Positions 26,940 through 39,087 of a stretch of 64,000 nt of DNA are shown in pieces. The stretch spans positions 24,180,001 to 24,244,000 of the forward strand of contig OX597821.1 of assembly GCA_951406725.2 (NCBI GenBank), read 5' to 3'. Below the pieces are notes generated by a model, which saw only the letters and a program-made list of their open reading frames with translations, had not been told where the DNA came from and made no database searches. The stretch's first letter is position 1, and the number at the start of each line of letters is the position of its first letter. This stretch comes from Octopus vulgaris. Taxonomy: Eukaryota. The position numbers were made by a program, and so were the translations under genes.

Positions 26940-28370
26940 CCTATTTTCACAAAACCTCCTCTGATCTGTGGCATTTGATGAATGAGGTTAGTTTGATGTT
27001 GCTACCCTCATCTGAATTTCTTGACGCGAGGTAGGTTCATCTGGAACTTTTGACTAGAAGAGACCCAGTTTTGTTTTGAAGACGCCTACATCCACTCCAT
27101 GTAGTTCTCTCAGGCTTTGTGGGAGTATATTGAAGAACTGTGAGCCCTTGAAGCCCAAGCTGCTACAGTATCTGGTCCGGTATCTGATGGCAATGTTGGG
27201 ATTTTGGGTACCATGCAGTGACGCCCCGTTATGCTGTCTGTATCTTTCCCGCCTTTGAACTAGGGAGTAGAGTATTTTTCAGTCTCTCCTCGAAGCTGAC
27301 ATGTCGCATTGAGACGATCTTTGTGTAGCTACGCTGGATTGCTTCGAGTTCCTTCGTGGTGACCACAGTTGGAAGCAGTAATTCAAACGGCTGAGGTCGA
27401 ATGTCCTCCAGAAGACCATCATGGTTTTTGGCTCTCTCGTTCTGAACGTTCGCAGGATTCATCCGGCCAACCGTCTGCATTTTATTGCCAATTTAGTAAT
27501 ATGCACTTAAAAAGATGCATCATTATTCATGTCGATGCCCGAGTTGTGCACTGACTTTGATTCAGGGATTGCATTCCCTCTTGGGCCAGTGTACCCTGTC
27601 TGCTTTTCATTGACCTTCGTGTGTTGGTAGCGCAGAGCTTGGAATTTTCCGGCACAAAACTGCATGTTATTTTCCTCAGTCCACCAGTATATTGCGTTCA
27701 ACTCCCGTTGTAGATGCGCAACGCCTCCAGAATTCTGTATCCTCTGCGAGACTTTTGTGTCATCTGCGTAGCTAGCAAGGCATGAGTGAAAGGGTCACTA
27801 TGAATAGCAGCGGCCCCAAGACAGTGCCCTGTGGAACACTACAAATTATTTGTGTCTCCTAGGAGGTGGCCTCGTTGGCCACCACTGTCTGACTTCTGTC
27901 TTTTAGGAAGTCATGTAGCCATTCTCCAAGTTTCCCGACTATGCCAAAATTATGCAGCTTGTGATATATCATACTGTGGTCGACTTTATCAAGGGCTTTT
28001 GCAAAGTCGAGATATATCACGTCCACATTTGAGTTGTTGAACAGCTGCTTTATCACACAGTCGTAGTGCTGAAAGAGCTGTATCAGGAAGCTTCTACCTG
28101 GTCGAAAATCATGCTGAATGTCAGTCAGCAAACCCTCTTTAAGGGGTGCAGATAATTTCCTTCGGGCTATTCGTTCCATGACTTTGCCGATGCGTGAGGT
28201 CAGAGAGATAAGCCTATAGCTTTTAGCATCTGCTCTGCTTCTTCCTTTAAGAATAGGGCTTATTATTCCCTCCTACAGTTTGCCTGTGAGCTTACCATTT
28301 GCAAGGAAGCTCCGAAGAAGATGCTGCAGTGGTTTTGCAAGGGCTCATTTGCATGACTTTAGAAGGGTTG
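26940..28370 (-). mobile_element. CR1/L2-group LINE, 5'-truncated and decayed (RT + C-terminus)
   Basis: YR.ISLTS, QHDFRPGRS, VDVIYLDFAKA.DKVDH, VPQGTVLGPLLF and YADDTK across frameshifted ORFs. Confidence 0.9.
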
Positions 28371-28426
28371 TTAGAAATTCATCGAGCCAGTAGCTGTGAG
28401 TTTGCATTTACGTTATCTATTGCCAG

Positions 28427-28473
<47 letters not shown>

Positions 28474-28501
28474 TACACACAGGCACATATATATGAATAT
28501 A

Positions 28502-28561
<60 letters not shown>

Positions 28562-28769
28562 TGTATGTATGTATGTACGTATGTACGTACTTACGTATGT
28601 ATGTATGTATGTATGTATGTATGTACGTACGTATGTATGTATGTATGTATGTATGTATGTATGTATGTATGCATGTATGCATGTATGTATGCATGTATAT
28701 ATATATAATATATGGATACATATATATATGTATATATGTATATATGTATATATATGCATATATATGCCT

Positions 28770-28863
<94 letters not shown>

Positions 28864-28956
28864 GTACAGGACGTCACCAACAGTAAACAAGATGAAATAC
28901 GAAAATAAATTAACTAAATACGCAAACAGCGAGAGAAAAAATGGAAAACATTTATA

Positions 28957-29190
28957 TATAGGACCAGCTATTGCAACAGCCTGGGTTTCAAGGGCCCACA
29001 GCTTTTTAATATTCTCCCAAAGAGTCTGAGGAACTTGCACAAAGTAGATGTAGCGGTTTTTAAATCAAAGCTGAACCTCTTCCTGTCGAGAGTCCCAGAT
29101 GAACCTACCTCACGGCAAGAGGTGCAAATAAGAGTAGGTATATCAAACTCCATTCTTCATCAAGTGCCACATATTAGAGGAGGCTCCTAG
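28957..29190 (+). mobile_element. 3' end of a related CR1-like LINE
   Basis: [23 protein letters not shown]...FKSKLNLFLSRVPDEP, homologous (inverted) to 26950-27170. Confidence 0.85.
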
Positions 29191-29620
29191 TGATAACAGT
29201 GTAGCTCTGAGCTGAAACTTTAAATAAAAAAAAAGTATTTGACAACGAATAATACGTCTAGAGAAAATTGCATCTTTATTGTGGAATTTACCTTATAAAG
29301 CCGACAATTGTTTCTATTGTATTTCAATATCATTGAAATTAATACAACGTAGCAGAAACAACATAACTGAGCTCTGATGAGCTGAATGAAGCACAATTTT
29401 AACACGTTTTTAAGGTGATCCAAAATTTTGGATCACCTTAAAAAGGACATGTTAACATATATTTTCGGAAATAATTTATATATATATATTATATTATTTA
29501 TATTATTATATGATTGAACGCAGTAAAATTTAGATTCAGATGAATATGGTACTTAAGTTAAAGGCACCAGAATTTAGTATGGTATTATCCATATAATTCA
29601 AAATGGGGTGATTATAAATG

Positions 29621-29713
29621 AAAATAAGCAACAAGGATATCCAGAGGTAATGCAGTACGATCGCATGAAACGATTGAACTGCATTACCTCTGGATATCCT
29701 TGTTGCTTATTTT
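29621..29713. repeat. Fold-back PLE tail, same family as the 38720 HHR cassette
   Basis: 43-bp inverted arms. The tail CTTGTTGCTTATTTTGATT is shared with 38820-38838. The centre is at GAAA-CGAT(C/T)G. Confidence 0.85.
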
Positions 29714-29746
29714 GATTGTATATATATATATGTACATTACACACCC

Positions 29747-29843
<97 letters not shown>

Positions 29844-30616
29844 CAACGATACACATATATAAGCCTATATCTAGGAACACCTACACGTTTGCAATGCATA
29901 CATTTTTCTGTATATGTATGCATGTAAGTATGTATGTATTTATGTATATATGCGCGCGCACGTATATTGTGTGTATATATATGCATATATGTTTGTGTTT
30001 TTGTGAATATGTGTATGTGTGCGAGTGTATATATGTGTGATATTCTTTTAGTAAATATGTGTGAAAATATACATACTTTAATTATGTAGTACCTGGAATT
30101 CCTCTTATGCATATCGCAGAGTTTACTTTCTCACAGCAGCATTCTATAAAACAAAAGAATACACACATACTTCATTCAGCTTGTTGGAGTTCAGTTATGT
30201 CGCTATTGTCACGTGAAGAAAGTCGTAGAACCAGGACTAGTACTTTTACACTTTTACACGTCTCTTAAATATCTTATGTCAGAGCAAACATTCAATCATG
30301 GACAGGAGTTTTGGCATTTAGTTATCGTCAAATGAAATATGCTTATGGAAGGTGCTGTTGGAACTGTCAATGGACTACAAACGTTCAAGAGCACAGGCAT
30401 CTTTTGACTGTTTTATGCACAGCATTGCAGTGAACAAGTGTTTGGGTAGGCGGATAACATGTTTCAGTTCAAATCTCGATATATGACCGACATTGGACTC
30501 CTCATTCGCATAATCACCGAACCTGGAGCTTAACTATAGTCTGTCCATAGCACTTACTCAGCATCACCTGACACCTTTGGGTTCTCTTGACACCATTACC
30601 CATCACAACTTCAGTA

Positions 30617-31616
30617 TCTCTCCCCCCTCCTCACCTATCCTTTCTCCCCCCGACCCCTACTTCTTCAGTCCTTCATCCTTTCACCCCCTACTCCCCTTCC
30701 CTTCTTCCCTCTTTCTCCCTCCCTCTTCCCCTTCCCTCTGCTCCCTCACTCCCTCTCTCCCCTTCTCTCTCCCTCTTTCCTCCTTCATCCCCCTCATCCC
30801 CTTCCTTCTCCCCCATCCTCTCCTCTCCCCCTTCTTCCCCTCCCCTTCTCTCCCCTCCCCTTCTCTCCCCTCCCCTTCTCTCCCCCCTCTTCTCCCCCCC
30901 TCTCCCCCTCCCCCTCTTCTCCTCACTACACCACATGACTTTACACATCACATCACATATGATGTGCCATACTAATACACACACCAACTAATACATACTA
31001 ATACGTACTAATACATACTAGTACATACTAATACTTACACCAACCCTATACATACACACGTCCAGACCCCGCATACGCACTTATACTCTCTCTCACACAC
31101 ACACACACACCTATACATACCAATACGTACTAATACATACTAATACATACTAATACATACACCAACCCCATACATACGCACGTCCATACCAATCTTACGC
31201 ACTAATACTCTCTCATACACACACACACACACACACACCCTTATACATACTAATACATACACCAACCCTATACATACACACATCCAGACCCCTCCCACGC
31301 ACTTTTAGCTGGTCCCTCAACCCACTTATCAACCCTATTATCTCCCCTTATTTCGCTCTCGCGTCTCATGTTTGATCTTTGACCTCTGGCCGAAATCAGA
31401 TCGCCATGTTGATTCGTTAGCTACTGCACGCATTTTTTTCTCTCCTTCTTTCTGTGTTTTTCTCTCTCTGTGTATCTTTCTGTTGAAGAGCGTAGGCTCG
31501 AAACGTTAAAGACTTGTTTTATTTATATTTCCTGAGCGCCATACTAATACAATTGTTCGTTTGTTTTCCACCTGCCTTCGTCTTTTGTTTATTTTCATAA
31601 AGCTTCCCGTTATATA
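30617..31616 (+). repeat. Left pseudo-LTR (5'-truncated tandem copy of the PLE 3' end)
   Basis: Direct repeat of 35146-36120. Differences are mainly in copy number of CT-rich units. Contains internal TAATACATAC and ACCAACCCTATACATAC sub-repeats. Confidence 0.92.
31475..31512 (+). ncRNA. Minimal type-I hammerhead-like motif, variant core CUGUUGA (left pLTR)
   Basis: tcttt CTGTTGA a GAGC gtag GCTC GAAA cg TT aaaga. Stem I tcttt/aaaga, stem II GAGC/GCTC, palindromic minimal stem III. Confidence 0.7.
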
Positions 31617-32230
31617 TTATGCGCTCACGTGGTCTCACTTTCATCCTATATTCTACCAATACCACTATCAACACTTACCTCTACCTTGGATTTTCTTTAC
31701 CTCTTGGATACTTACCATTGGCTGCACCTCTCTTTCGCGGATCAAAGTGACTTTGCATTGATGTGAAATCCTTAAAAAATATACCACGACGTCTACACAT
31801 TTCTCACCTTGAACTTTCAACCTTGAACTTGTTCGCATAAACTGTCCCGTTTGTTGTATTTTTATTTCTTCTTATATTACCACTTTTTTTACATTCATTT
31901 CATGCTTCCCACATTTTCCTGAATTTTTGTTCTCCTTTCCGTCTTTCTTCCCTCTCTGGATGTCCATACTCCGTTTCCTCTGCCTGCACCCCCTTTTTTT
32001 GCCTCCCCTCTCTCTGCTTCCCTTCTTTCTTTCCCTTTTCCGTTTGCCCCGTCTTTTCTGCCCCTATCGCTTACTTATCTAGTTTTTTCATACGATTATT
32101 ATTTTTTTGTTTTTTTGAACGTTTGTTTTTTCCCCTTTTTTCGCTATCCTTTTTTTCTATTTTTTTCATACGATAATTTTTGTTTTTTGTTTTTTTTTTT
32201 TTTCGAACGTTTTTTTTCCGCTATCCCATC

Positions 32231-32995
32231 ATGCCGGATCCTAGGTCCTACCTCCTCACCCTCCATCACCGTTTGAAGGATCATCTACGTTCGCTTCCTG
32301 TATATTGCCTTCAGCCGTCCGTTAATCTCTCTCTACTTCTTTTAAAAAAAACCCGCTTCTCTAGCCATGTCTCTTTCCTAAGCCGCTGCCTACATCACCG
32401 ACTCATCCCTAAAGGTTTCCGCCTCCACTTCCACCCTGCTCTCCACTCGGATTCTTCCATCTTACCCATACTCCGCACCACATCTTACCGCCTTATGCGG
32501 GCCACCATTCGCTCCAATCTCTCCAAACTACATGCCATCAACCGCCTTCTTCCTCCTGCTTTCTCCACCTTCTTCTCCTCTCTGCCGCCTCTCTATGCTC
32601 CAAACACGCTACGCTTCATTATCCATTTGAATCAACTCTTCCATCAATTTCTTTCTGATACCAAACTTCGTAAACTCCAATCACTCTTCCATTCCACCCT
32701 ACCCGACGCCACTACCCCAACTCCTCCACCACCCTTCTCCCCTCCCGATAGGCTCCATCCACCCACACCTAACCCCACTGCCCCTCCCTACAACCCCCTC
32801 TCCCCTCCCGTTAGGCTCCATCCACCTACACCTAACCCTACTGCCCCGCCCAACCACCCCCCACACACCTCTCCACTCCCCCCCCCCTCAGACCTCCCCG
32901 AGACCTACCACCCCTCCTACTTCTATTCCATCCACCCCTTCTCCACTTCCGTCTGTTGTTACCATTCCCCCCGATCTTCCCCTCTCTGCGGCTGA
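32231..32995 (+). CDS. PLE polyprotein N-terminal part; probably frameshifts into the RT frame at the C10 run 32878-32887
   Basis: ATG at 32231. The motif FLSRCLHHRLIPKGFRL is typical of Neptune-like PLE N-termini and is followed by a Pro-rich linker. The ORF-track start at 32180 lies in a T-rich leader. Confidence 0.8.
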   Translation: MPDPRSYLLTLHHRLKDHLRSLPVYCLQPSVNLSLLLLKKTRFSSHVSFLSRCLHHRLIPKGFRLHFHPALHSDSSILPILRTTSYRLMRATIRSNLSKLHAINRLLPPAFSTFFSSLPPLYAPNTLRFIIHLNQLFHQFLSDTKLRKLQSLFHSTLPDATTPTPPPPFSPPDRLHPPTPNPTAPPYNPLSPPVRLHPPTPNPTAPPNHPPHTSPLPPPSDLPETYHPSYFYSIHPFSTSVCCYHSPRSSPLCG

Positions 32996-35477
32996 ACGCT
33001 CCGTCCTTGGTAGGGGTCTGCGTTTCATCCCCCTCACTCCATCCTGTAAGGAATTCCAGACGCGAGTTGATGTCCACAGCTTTGTGCGCCGTGTCCGGTT
33101 GGGTGCGCATTACCACGACTCGCCACCCACACCCAACGAAGAGGACGACTGCTTCACTGGCCTGGGCCGCCGACCATCCCAGTGGACGCCTGCCCCTGGC
33201 CAGATCCTAGCAGTGGATCTTTTCGCGGGCGCTTGTCAGCGTGCATTGGAGCGGTTCAACTTCTCCAGGCGCCAACGCCGCCTCAACATCTCCCCGGCTG
33301 AGCTCTTGGCTCTTCGTTCCCTCCAACGGCGCGCTGACATTATCATCAAACCGGCTGACAAGGGTGGAGCTGTAGTGGTGTGGCGCGCGGACCTCTATAG
33401 GGCCGAGGCTTTCCGCCAACTCAATGACACCTCCTTCTATTCCCCTCTGCCCTCTAACCCCACACGTAGCTACCAACAGACGGTATCCTCTACTGTCCAA
33501 GACCTCATCTCGTCCTCCCGTCTCCCCCGCACCGCATCCAACCTAATTGTGCGAACCCCACGTACCCCCACCATTTACTTCCTCCCCAAAATCCACAAAC
33601 CCAACAACCCTGGCCGCCCCATCGTCTCCGCCTGTAACTGCCCCACGGAGCTCATCTCTAAATACCTCGACCGTGTCCTTGCCCCCCTAGTGGCATCTCT
33701 TCCCTCCCACATCCACGATACCAACCATGCTCTCCGGCTTTTCAACTCTTTCTCCTTTCCTCCCGGCTCCTCCAAAATCCTTTTTACTATGGACATCCAA
33801 AGCCTCTATACTGTTATCCCTCACCACGAAGGACTGCAGGCCCTTCGACACTTTCTTGACCTCCGCTCTAACCCTGTACCTGACACCTCCACACTCATTC
33901 GTCTGGCCGAACTTGTCCTTACTCTGAACTGCTTCTCGTTCGCGGGCGAGTTCTACCATCAGGTCTCGGGAGTGGCCATGGGAACGCGAATGGGCCCCAA
34001 CTATGCGAACCTGTTCGTTGGCTATGTTGAGGCCCAAATATTCTCTAATTTCACTGGTCCCACTCCTGAACTATATGGTCGTTATATTGACGACATTATC
34101 GGTGCCACCTCACTCTCCCGCGAACATCTAGATTCCTTCCTCTCTTTCGTCCAATCTTTCCATCCAGCCCTCCACTTCACTTCCACTATCTCCAACACCT
34201 CTGTCTCCTTCCTCGACATTTCGGTTAGCATTCTTCACTCCACTCTTACCACCTCCATTCACTACAAACACACAGACTCACACTCATACCTCAACTTCTC
34301 TTCCTCCCACCCAGAACACACCAAGCTTTCCATCCCCTATTCCCAATTCCTCCGTCTACGTAGGCTCTGTAGTGACGACCATGACTTTGAGACTCAGTCT
34401 CAACGTATGGCTCACCACTTCACCCTACGTGGATACCCCCTCACCACTATCCACACCGCCCTTGCCAGAGCACGGTCCGTGGACCGTGTATCTGCTCTCT
34501 CTCCCCGAACCCGCCCTGTAGTCCCCCGCCTCCCTTTTCCACTCACTTACCACCCCACGACCCTACGTCTCCAACGCACCATTCTTCGAGCTTTCCGTCA
34601 TCTCCAGTCCGACCCGTCCACTTCACACCTCTTCCCTAACCGACCCCTCCCCTCTTTCAAACGAGCCCACAACCTTCGAGACCTTTTGGTCCATAGCTCC
34701 TTCCCTGACCCTACCTCCCAACCCGGCTCGTTCCCCTGCTCCCGCCCACGTTGCCGCACTTGCCCTTACCTCTCCAACACCACCCGCCTCACTAGCACCC
34801 ACCATCGACCCTATCCCATCATCCACTCCTTCACCTGCACCTCCAGCAATATTATCTATTGCATCTCTTGCTCTCTCTGCAATTCCTTGTACATCGGACA
34901 AACGGGACGCCGCTTGGCTGACCGGTTCGCGGAACACCTTCGTGACATCCACCTTGCGAACGACACACCGGTCTCACGCCATTTCCGCTCCACCGGTCAC
35001 TCCTTGCAACACCTATCTGTGTTCGGTTTGTCCTTACACAGAGGCCATCCGGATTCCCGTTTGCGCCGTGAACAGGAATTAATCTTCTCTCTTCGCTCTT
35101 ATACGCCATTTGGTCTCAACTCTCCCCCCTCCTCATCTAACCCCCCTCTCCCCCCTCCTCACCTATCCTTTCTCCCCCCGACCCCTACTTCTTCAGTCCT
35201 TCATCCTTTCACCCCCTACTCCCCTTCCCTTCTTCCCTCTTTCTCCCTCCCTCTTCCCCTTCCCTCTGCTCCCTCACTCCCTCTCTCCCCTTCTCTCTCC
35301 CCCTCTCCCTCTTTCCTCCTTCATCCCCCTCATCCCCTTCCTTCTCCCCCATCCTCTCCTCTGCCCCTTCTTCCCCTCCCCTTCTCCCCCCCTCTCCCCC
35401 CCTCTCCCCCTCCCCCTCTTCTCCTCACTACACCACATGACTTTACACATCACATCACATATGATGTGCCATACTAA
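32883..35477 (+). CDS. PLE reverse transcriptase + Cys-rich linker + GIY-YIG endonuclease
   Basis: The frame of ORF 33084-35477 is open upstream (VVTIPPDLPLSAAERSVLGRGLRFIPL). RT motifs: IKPADKGGAVVV, LPKIHK..PGRPIVS, TMDIQSLYT, GVAMGTRMGPNYANLF, RYIDDI, FLD. Linker CSRPRCRTC. Nuclease NIIYCISCSLCNSLYIGQTGR...RFAEH...PFGLN. The true end is probably near 35140. Confidence 0.93.
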   Translation, partial: PPQTSPRPTTPPTSIPSTPSPLPSVVTIPPDLPLSAAERSVLGRGLRFIPLTPSCKEFQTRVDVHSFVRRVRLGAHYHDSPPTPNEEDDCFTGLGRRPSQWTPAPGQILAVDLFAGACQRALERFNFSRRQRRLNISPAELLALRSLQRRADIIIKPADKGGAVVVWRADLYRAEAFRQLNDTSFYSPLPSNPTRSYQQTVSSTVQDLISSSRLPRTASNLIVRTPRTPTIYFLPKIHKPNNPGRPIVSACNCPTELISKYLDRVLAPLVASLPSHIHDTNHALRLFNSFSFPPGSSKILFTMDIQSLYTVIPHHEGLQALRHFLDLRSNPVPDTSTLIRLAELVLTLNCFSFAGEFYHQVSGVAMGTRMGPNYANLFVGYVEAQIFSNFTGPTPELYGRYIDDIIGATSLSREHLDSFLSFVQSFHPALHFTSTISNTSVSFLDISVSILHSTLTTSIHYKHTDSHSYLNFSSSHPEHTKLSIPYSQFLRLRRLCSDDHDFETQSQRMAHHFTLRGYPLTTIHTALARARSVDRVSALSPRTRPVVPRLPFPLTYHPTTLRLQRTILRAFRHLQSDPSTSHLFPNRPLPSFKRAHNLRDLLVHSSFPDPTSQPGSFPCSRPRCRTCPYLSNTTRLTSTHHRPYPIIHSFTCTSSNIIYCISCSLCNSLYIGQTGRRLADRFAEHLRDIHLANDTPVSRHFRSTGHSLQHLSVFGLSLHRGHPDSRLRREQELIFSLRSYTPFGLNSPPSSSNPPLPPPHLSFLPPTPTSSVLHPFTPYSPSLLPSFSLPLPLPSAPSLPLSPSLSPSPSFLLHPPHPLPSPPSSPLPLLPLPFSPPLPPSPPPPLLLTTPHDFTHHITYDVPY

Positions 35478-36120
35478 TACACACACCAACTAATACATAC
35501 TAATACGTACTAATACATACTAGTACATACTAATACTTACACCAACCCTATACATACACACGTCCAGACCCCGCATACGCACTTATACTCTCTCTCACAC
35601 ACACACACACACCTATACATACCAATACGTACTAATACATACTAATACATACTAATACATACACCAACCCCATACATACGCACGTCCATACCAATCTTAC
35701 GCACTAATACTCTCTCATACACACACACACACACACACACACCCTTATACATACTAATACATACACCAACCCTATACATACACACATCCAGACCCCTCCC
35801 ACGCACTTTTAGCTGGTCCCTCAACCCACTTATCAACCCTATTATCTCCCCTTATTTCGCTCTCGCGTCTCATGTTTGATCTTTGACCTCTGGCCGAAAT
35901 CAGATCGCCATGTTGATTCGTTAGCTACTGCACGCATTTTTTTCTCTCCTTCTTTCTGTGTTTTTCTCTCTCTGTGTATCTTTCTGTTGAAGAGCGTAGG
36001 CTCGAAACGTTAAAGACTTGTTTTATTTATATTTCCTGAGCGCCATACTAATACAATTGTTCGTTTGTTTTCCACCTGCCTTCGTCTTTTGTTTATTTTC
36101 ATAAAGCTTCCCGTTATATA
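35146..36120 (+). repeat. Right pseudo-LTR / 3' UTR of the PLE
   Basis: Direct repeat of 30617-31616, ending in AAGCTTCCCGT followed by (TA)n. Confidence 0.92.
35979..36016 (+). ncRNA. Minimal type-I hammerhead-like motif, variant core CUGUUGA (right pLTR)
   Basis: Identical to 31475-31512. Confidence 0.7.
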
Positions 36121-37627
36121 TATATATATATATATATATCAGTTACCTCCTGCAAGCATGAAAGTATAGCTGCTAAATTCATTTAGTTGTTGACGTGTGA
36201 GAACTGACAGTTTCACCGCAACTCATATGCACACGCACACTAACACACGCACACACACACTCACTCACACACACGCACACACTAACGCGCGCGCGCATAT
36301 ACACGTACATTCATACACGCGTTGGTATAGTCACTCTATGAACTATTACACATGTATTTGAGGTAGAATTACTGTATGAACTAATATACTGTTAGTAATT
36401 GTTTTATGAAAGTTAAAATGCCCGTAGCCATTGCCACCGGGCGAATAAGATAAACAATTATTAAAGTCATTCTTTTTTTTTGTTTTTGAAAAAAATTCAC
36501 TCTTAATTCTTTTCACTTGTTTTATTATTCTAAATGTCCTTAAGACGATGAGGCAGTAGAATCGTTAGCACGCTGACCAAAAAGGTTAGTAGCATTTCTT
36601 GCGGTATGTTCTGAGTTCAAATTCCGCCGAGATCGACTTTATCTTTCATCCTTCCGGGGTCGAGAAATTAAGTACCAGTTGAGTACTGAGATCGCTGTAA
36701 TTAACCTGCCCCTTCCTCCATAATTTCAGGCCATGTGCCAATAAAGGAAAGAATTATTCTATATCGTCTTATTTTCATTATCTTTTCTTTATTTCTTTAA
36801 ACCAACAGAGAGAAACAAGTTTTCTAGAAGCACGACAAAGGCAACCTGTCTAAGAAAGTTACTCAGTTTGAACTACAAACGAGAAAAATATTGCAGCAGA
36901 GACTGTTTGAGTCCAGTAGGCCAACCTCTCTTGTGCAAACGCGACAAAATAACACCATCATCCACTGGAATCAAAGAGAGAAACGGGTTCTGGTGTATCA
37001 AGAAACCACATTTAAAGGCAAAGCAGTTTTTCATGATTTTATAGAACTAATAATTAGTAAAATTAAATTGATAATAAGAAAGAAAGACAATAAAGAAAAT
37101 GAATAATTATAGAATATAAAGATAATTCTTATTTAAAAACATCAATATAATCCTTTCGTTCCGGCGTTATACTCCAGTGAAGAAATATTTCTGATTTTTA
37201 ATTAAGGGAAGATCCTCTGTGTGAAATCACTCAACCGGCATCCAAATCTCCCCCAAAAGGAACTCTGCTGATTCACACTCTCTCTTTTACCCCCTACTAG
37301 AACGGTTTCTGCTTCCCTGATTATGAAAGAAAGTTTAGTTGAGCAGCCATCACTCCGCAACATATCACAATTACTAGTTCGCAAACATGCTATATACTCG
37401 CTCTGTTTTATATATCACGACTACAACAGCGGATGTTCTCTGAATTAGGAAGCAGTGTAACGTCATTGTCCAAACTGTGAACTACCATCGCCACACCCGA
37501 CAAACTTTCATCTGCCGATCAAGAGAAGGAGCTTTTACGAAATCGAACAACATGCTAGAAATTGCAGCCATGCTTCTGTCATCAATTCATACCTTCTTGC
37601 TATTAGAAAGAAAGGACGCATATGCAA

Positions 37628-37838
37628 TACTCTTTTACTCTTTTACTTGTTTCAGTCATCTGACTGCGGCCATGCTGGAGCACCGCCTTTAATCGAGCAA
37701 CTCGACCCCAGGACTTATTCTTTGTAAGCCCAGTACTTATTCTATCGGTCTCTTTTGCCGAACCGCTAAGTGACGGGGACATAAACACACCAGCATCGGT
37801 TGTCAAGCAATACTAGGGGGACAAACACAGACACACAA

Positions 37839-37909
<71 letters not shown>

Positions 37910-38067
37910 TACGACGGGCTTCTTTCAGTTTCCGTCTACCAAATCCACTCACAAGGCATTGGTCGGCCCGAGGCTATAGTAGAAGACACTTGCCCAAGGT
38001 GCCACGCAGTGGGACTGAACCCGGAACCATGTGGTTGGTAAGCAAGCTAATTACCACACAGCCACTC
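37628..38067 (-). mobile_element. SINE A
   Basis: Full-length homologue with internal (CA)n(TA)n. Confidence 0.88.
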
Positions 38068-38719
38068 TTATAATGTAGTTTTATATATACTATGTCTGAA
38101 TGAACGACGAAATGGTTATGGCTGAAACGTCTTTGGACAGGTCTTCTTAATCAGAACTGACTCGCTACATATTTTATCTTTTATTTTTGTTCTGTTTCAG
38201 TCATTGGACTGCTACCATGATGGGGTACAACCTTGAAGGGCTTAGTCAAACAAATCGACTCCGGAACTAATTTGGTAGTATTTTATTGGTTTCTTTTGCT
38301 AAGTTATCTGGACGTAAACAAGCCAACACCGGTTATCAAGCCGTGGTGAGGGACACACACACGTATCACATGTATATATACATACATACATACATACATA
38401 CATACATACATACATACATACATACATACATACATACATGCATGCATACATGCATACATACATACATACATGCATACATACGCACATACATATACGACGC
38501 ACGTGTTTTTTTCGAACAATCTGTTCCTTCCTCATTTTTTTCCTGTCTGTACATTTTTTCTGCTTTCGACGAAGAGCTATGCCCTAAACGTCTCTCTTGT
38601 TATTTCACCTTTTTACCATAGGAGAGAATTTAAATCCACATCTTTGTCTATATATCTACCTTCTCTAAAATGTTACCACTTGATATGAAAATTATATATT
38701 AATGGAAAACCTCTATTAA

Positions 38720-38803
38720 TGGCTGATGAGTGCTCAGCATTTTAAAACTGTTGTAATACTTACGACATTTAATAAAATGATGTAGTGCGAAACGATCGTA
38801 CCA
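38720..38803 (+). ncRNA. Type-I hammerhead ribozyme with long stem II
   Basis: TGG CTGATGA GTGC..CATTTTA..TGTTGTAA tac TTACGACA..TAAAATG..GTGC GAAA CGATCG TA CCA, followed by a short tail and (TA)n. Confidence 0.78.
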
Positions 38804-38859
38804 AATTACCGGAGTAATTCTTGTTGCTTATTTTGATTATATATATATATATATATATA

Positions 38860-39030
38860 GGGAGAGTTTGAAAAAAACAAAAGACGAAGACAGGTGGTGT
38901 ACAAAACAACCAGATGTATTAGTATAACGCTCAGGAACAGAAAAAGTCTTTCACGTTTCGATCCTACGCTCTTCTACAGAAAGAGATACATAAAAAGCAA
39001 GGAGAGAAAAAGTGTGTGTAGTGGCTATAC
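38860..39030 (-). mobile_element. Solo 3' tail of a PLE related to the 30.6-36.1 kb element
   Basis: Reverse complement aligns by eye with 35925-36115, including a degenerate HHR (CTGTAGA a GAGC gtag GATC GAAA cg TG). Ends in (TA)n. Confidence 0.8.
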
Positions 39031-39047
39031 AGACAGACAGACACACA

Positions 39048-39087
<40 letters not shown>

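Larger units (their letters stand above)
30617..36120 (+). mobile_element. Penelope-like retroelement, Neptune-type (RT + C-terminal GIY-YIG), with ~1 kb direct pseudo-LTRs
   Basis: 30617-31616 is repeated nearly identically at 35146-36120. The interior encodes a PLE RT and a GIY-YIG nuclease. The 3' end abuts (TA)n. An HHR-like motif lies in both repeats. Confidence 0.95.

Noticed and set aside
30577-30991. Pro/Ser/Leu-rich ORFs and antisense Arg/Gly/Glu-rich ORFs
   Set aside because: Low-complexity CT tract of the pLTR.
30970-31300. Repeat-spacer-like units (TAATACATAC, ACCAACCCTATACATAC)
   Set aside because: Degenerate minisatellite inside the pLTR. Spacers are not unique, the context is eukaryotic and there are no cas genes, so it is not CRISPR.
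30605-36130. Target-site duplication for the large PLE (TCAGT near both ends)
   Set aside because: Only about 5 bp, offset by the (TA)n tract; indistinguishable from chance.
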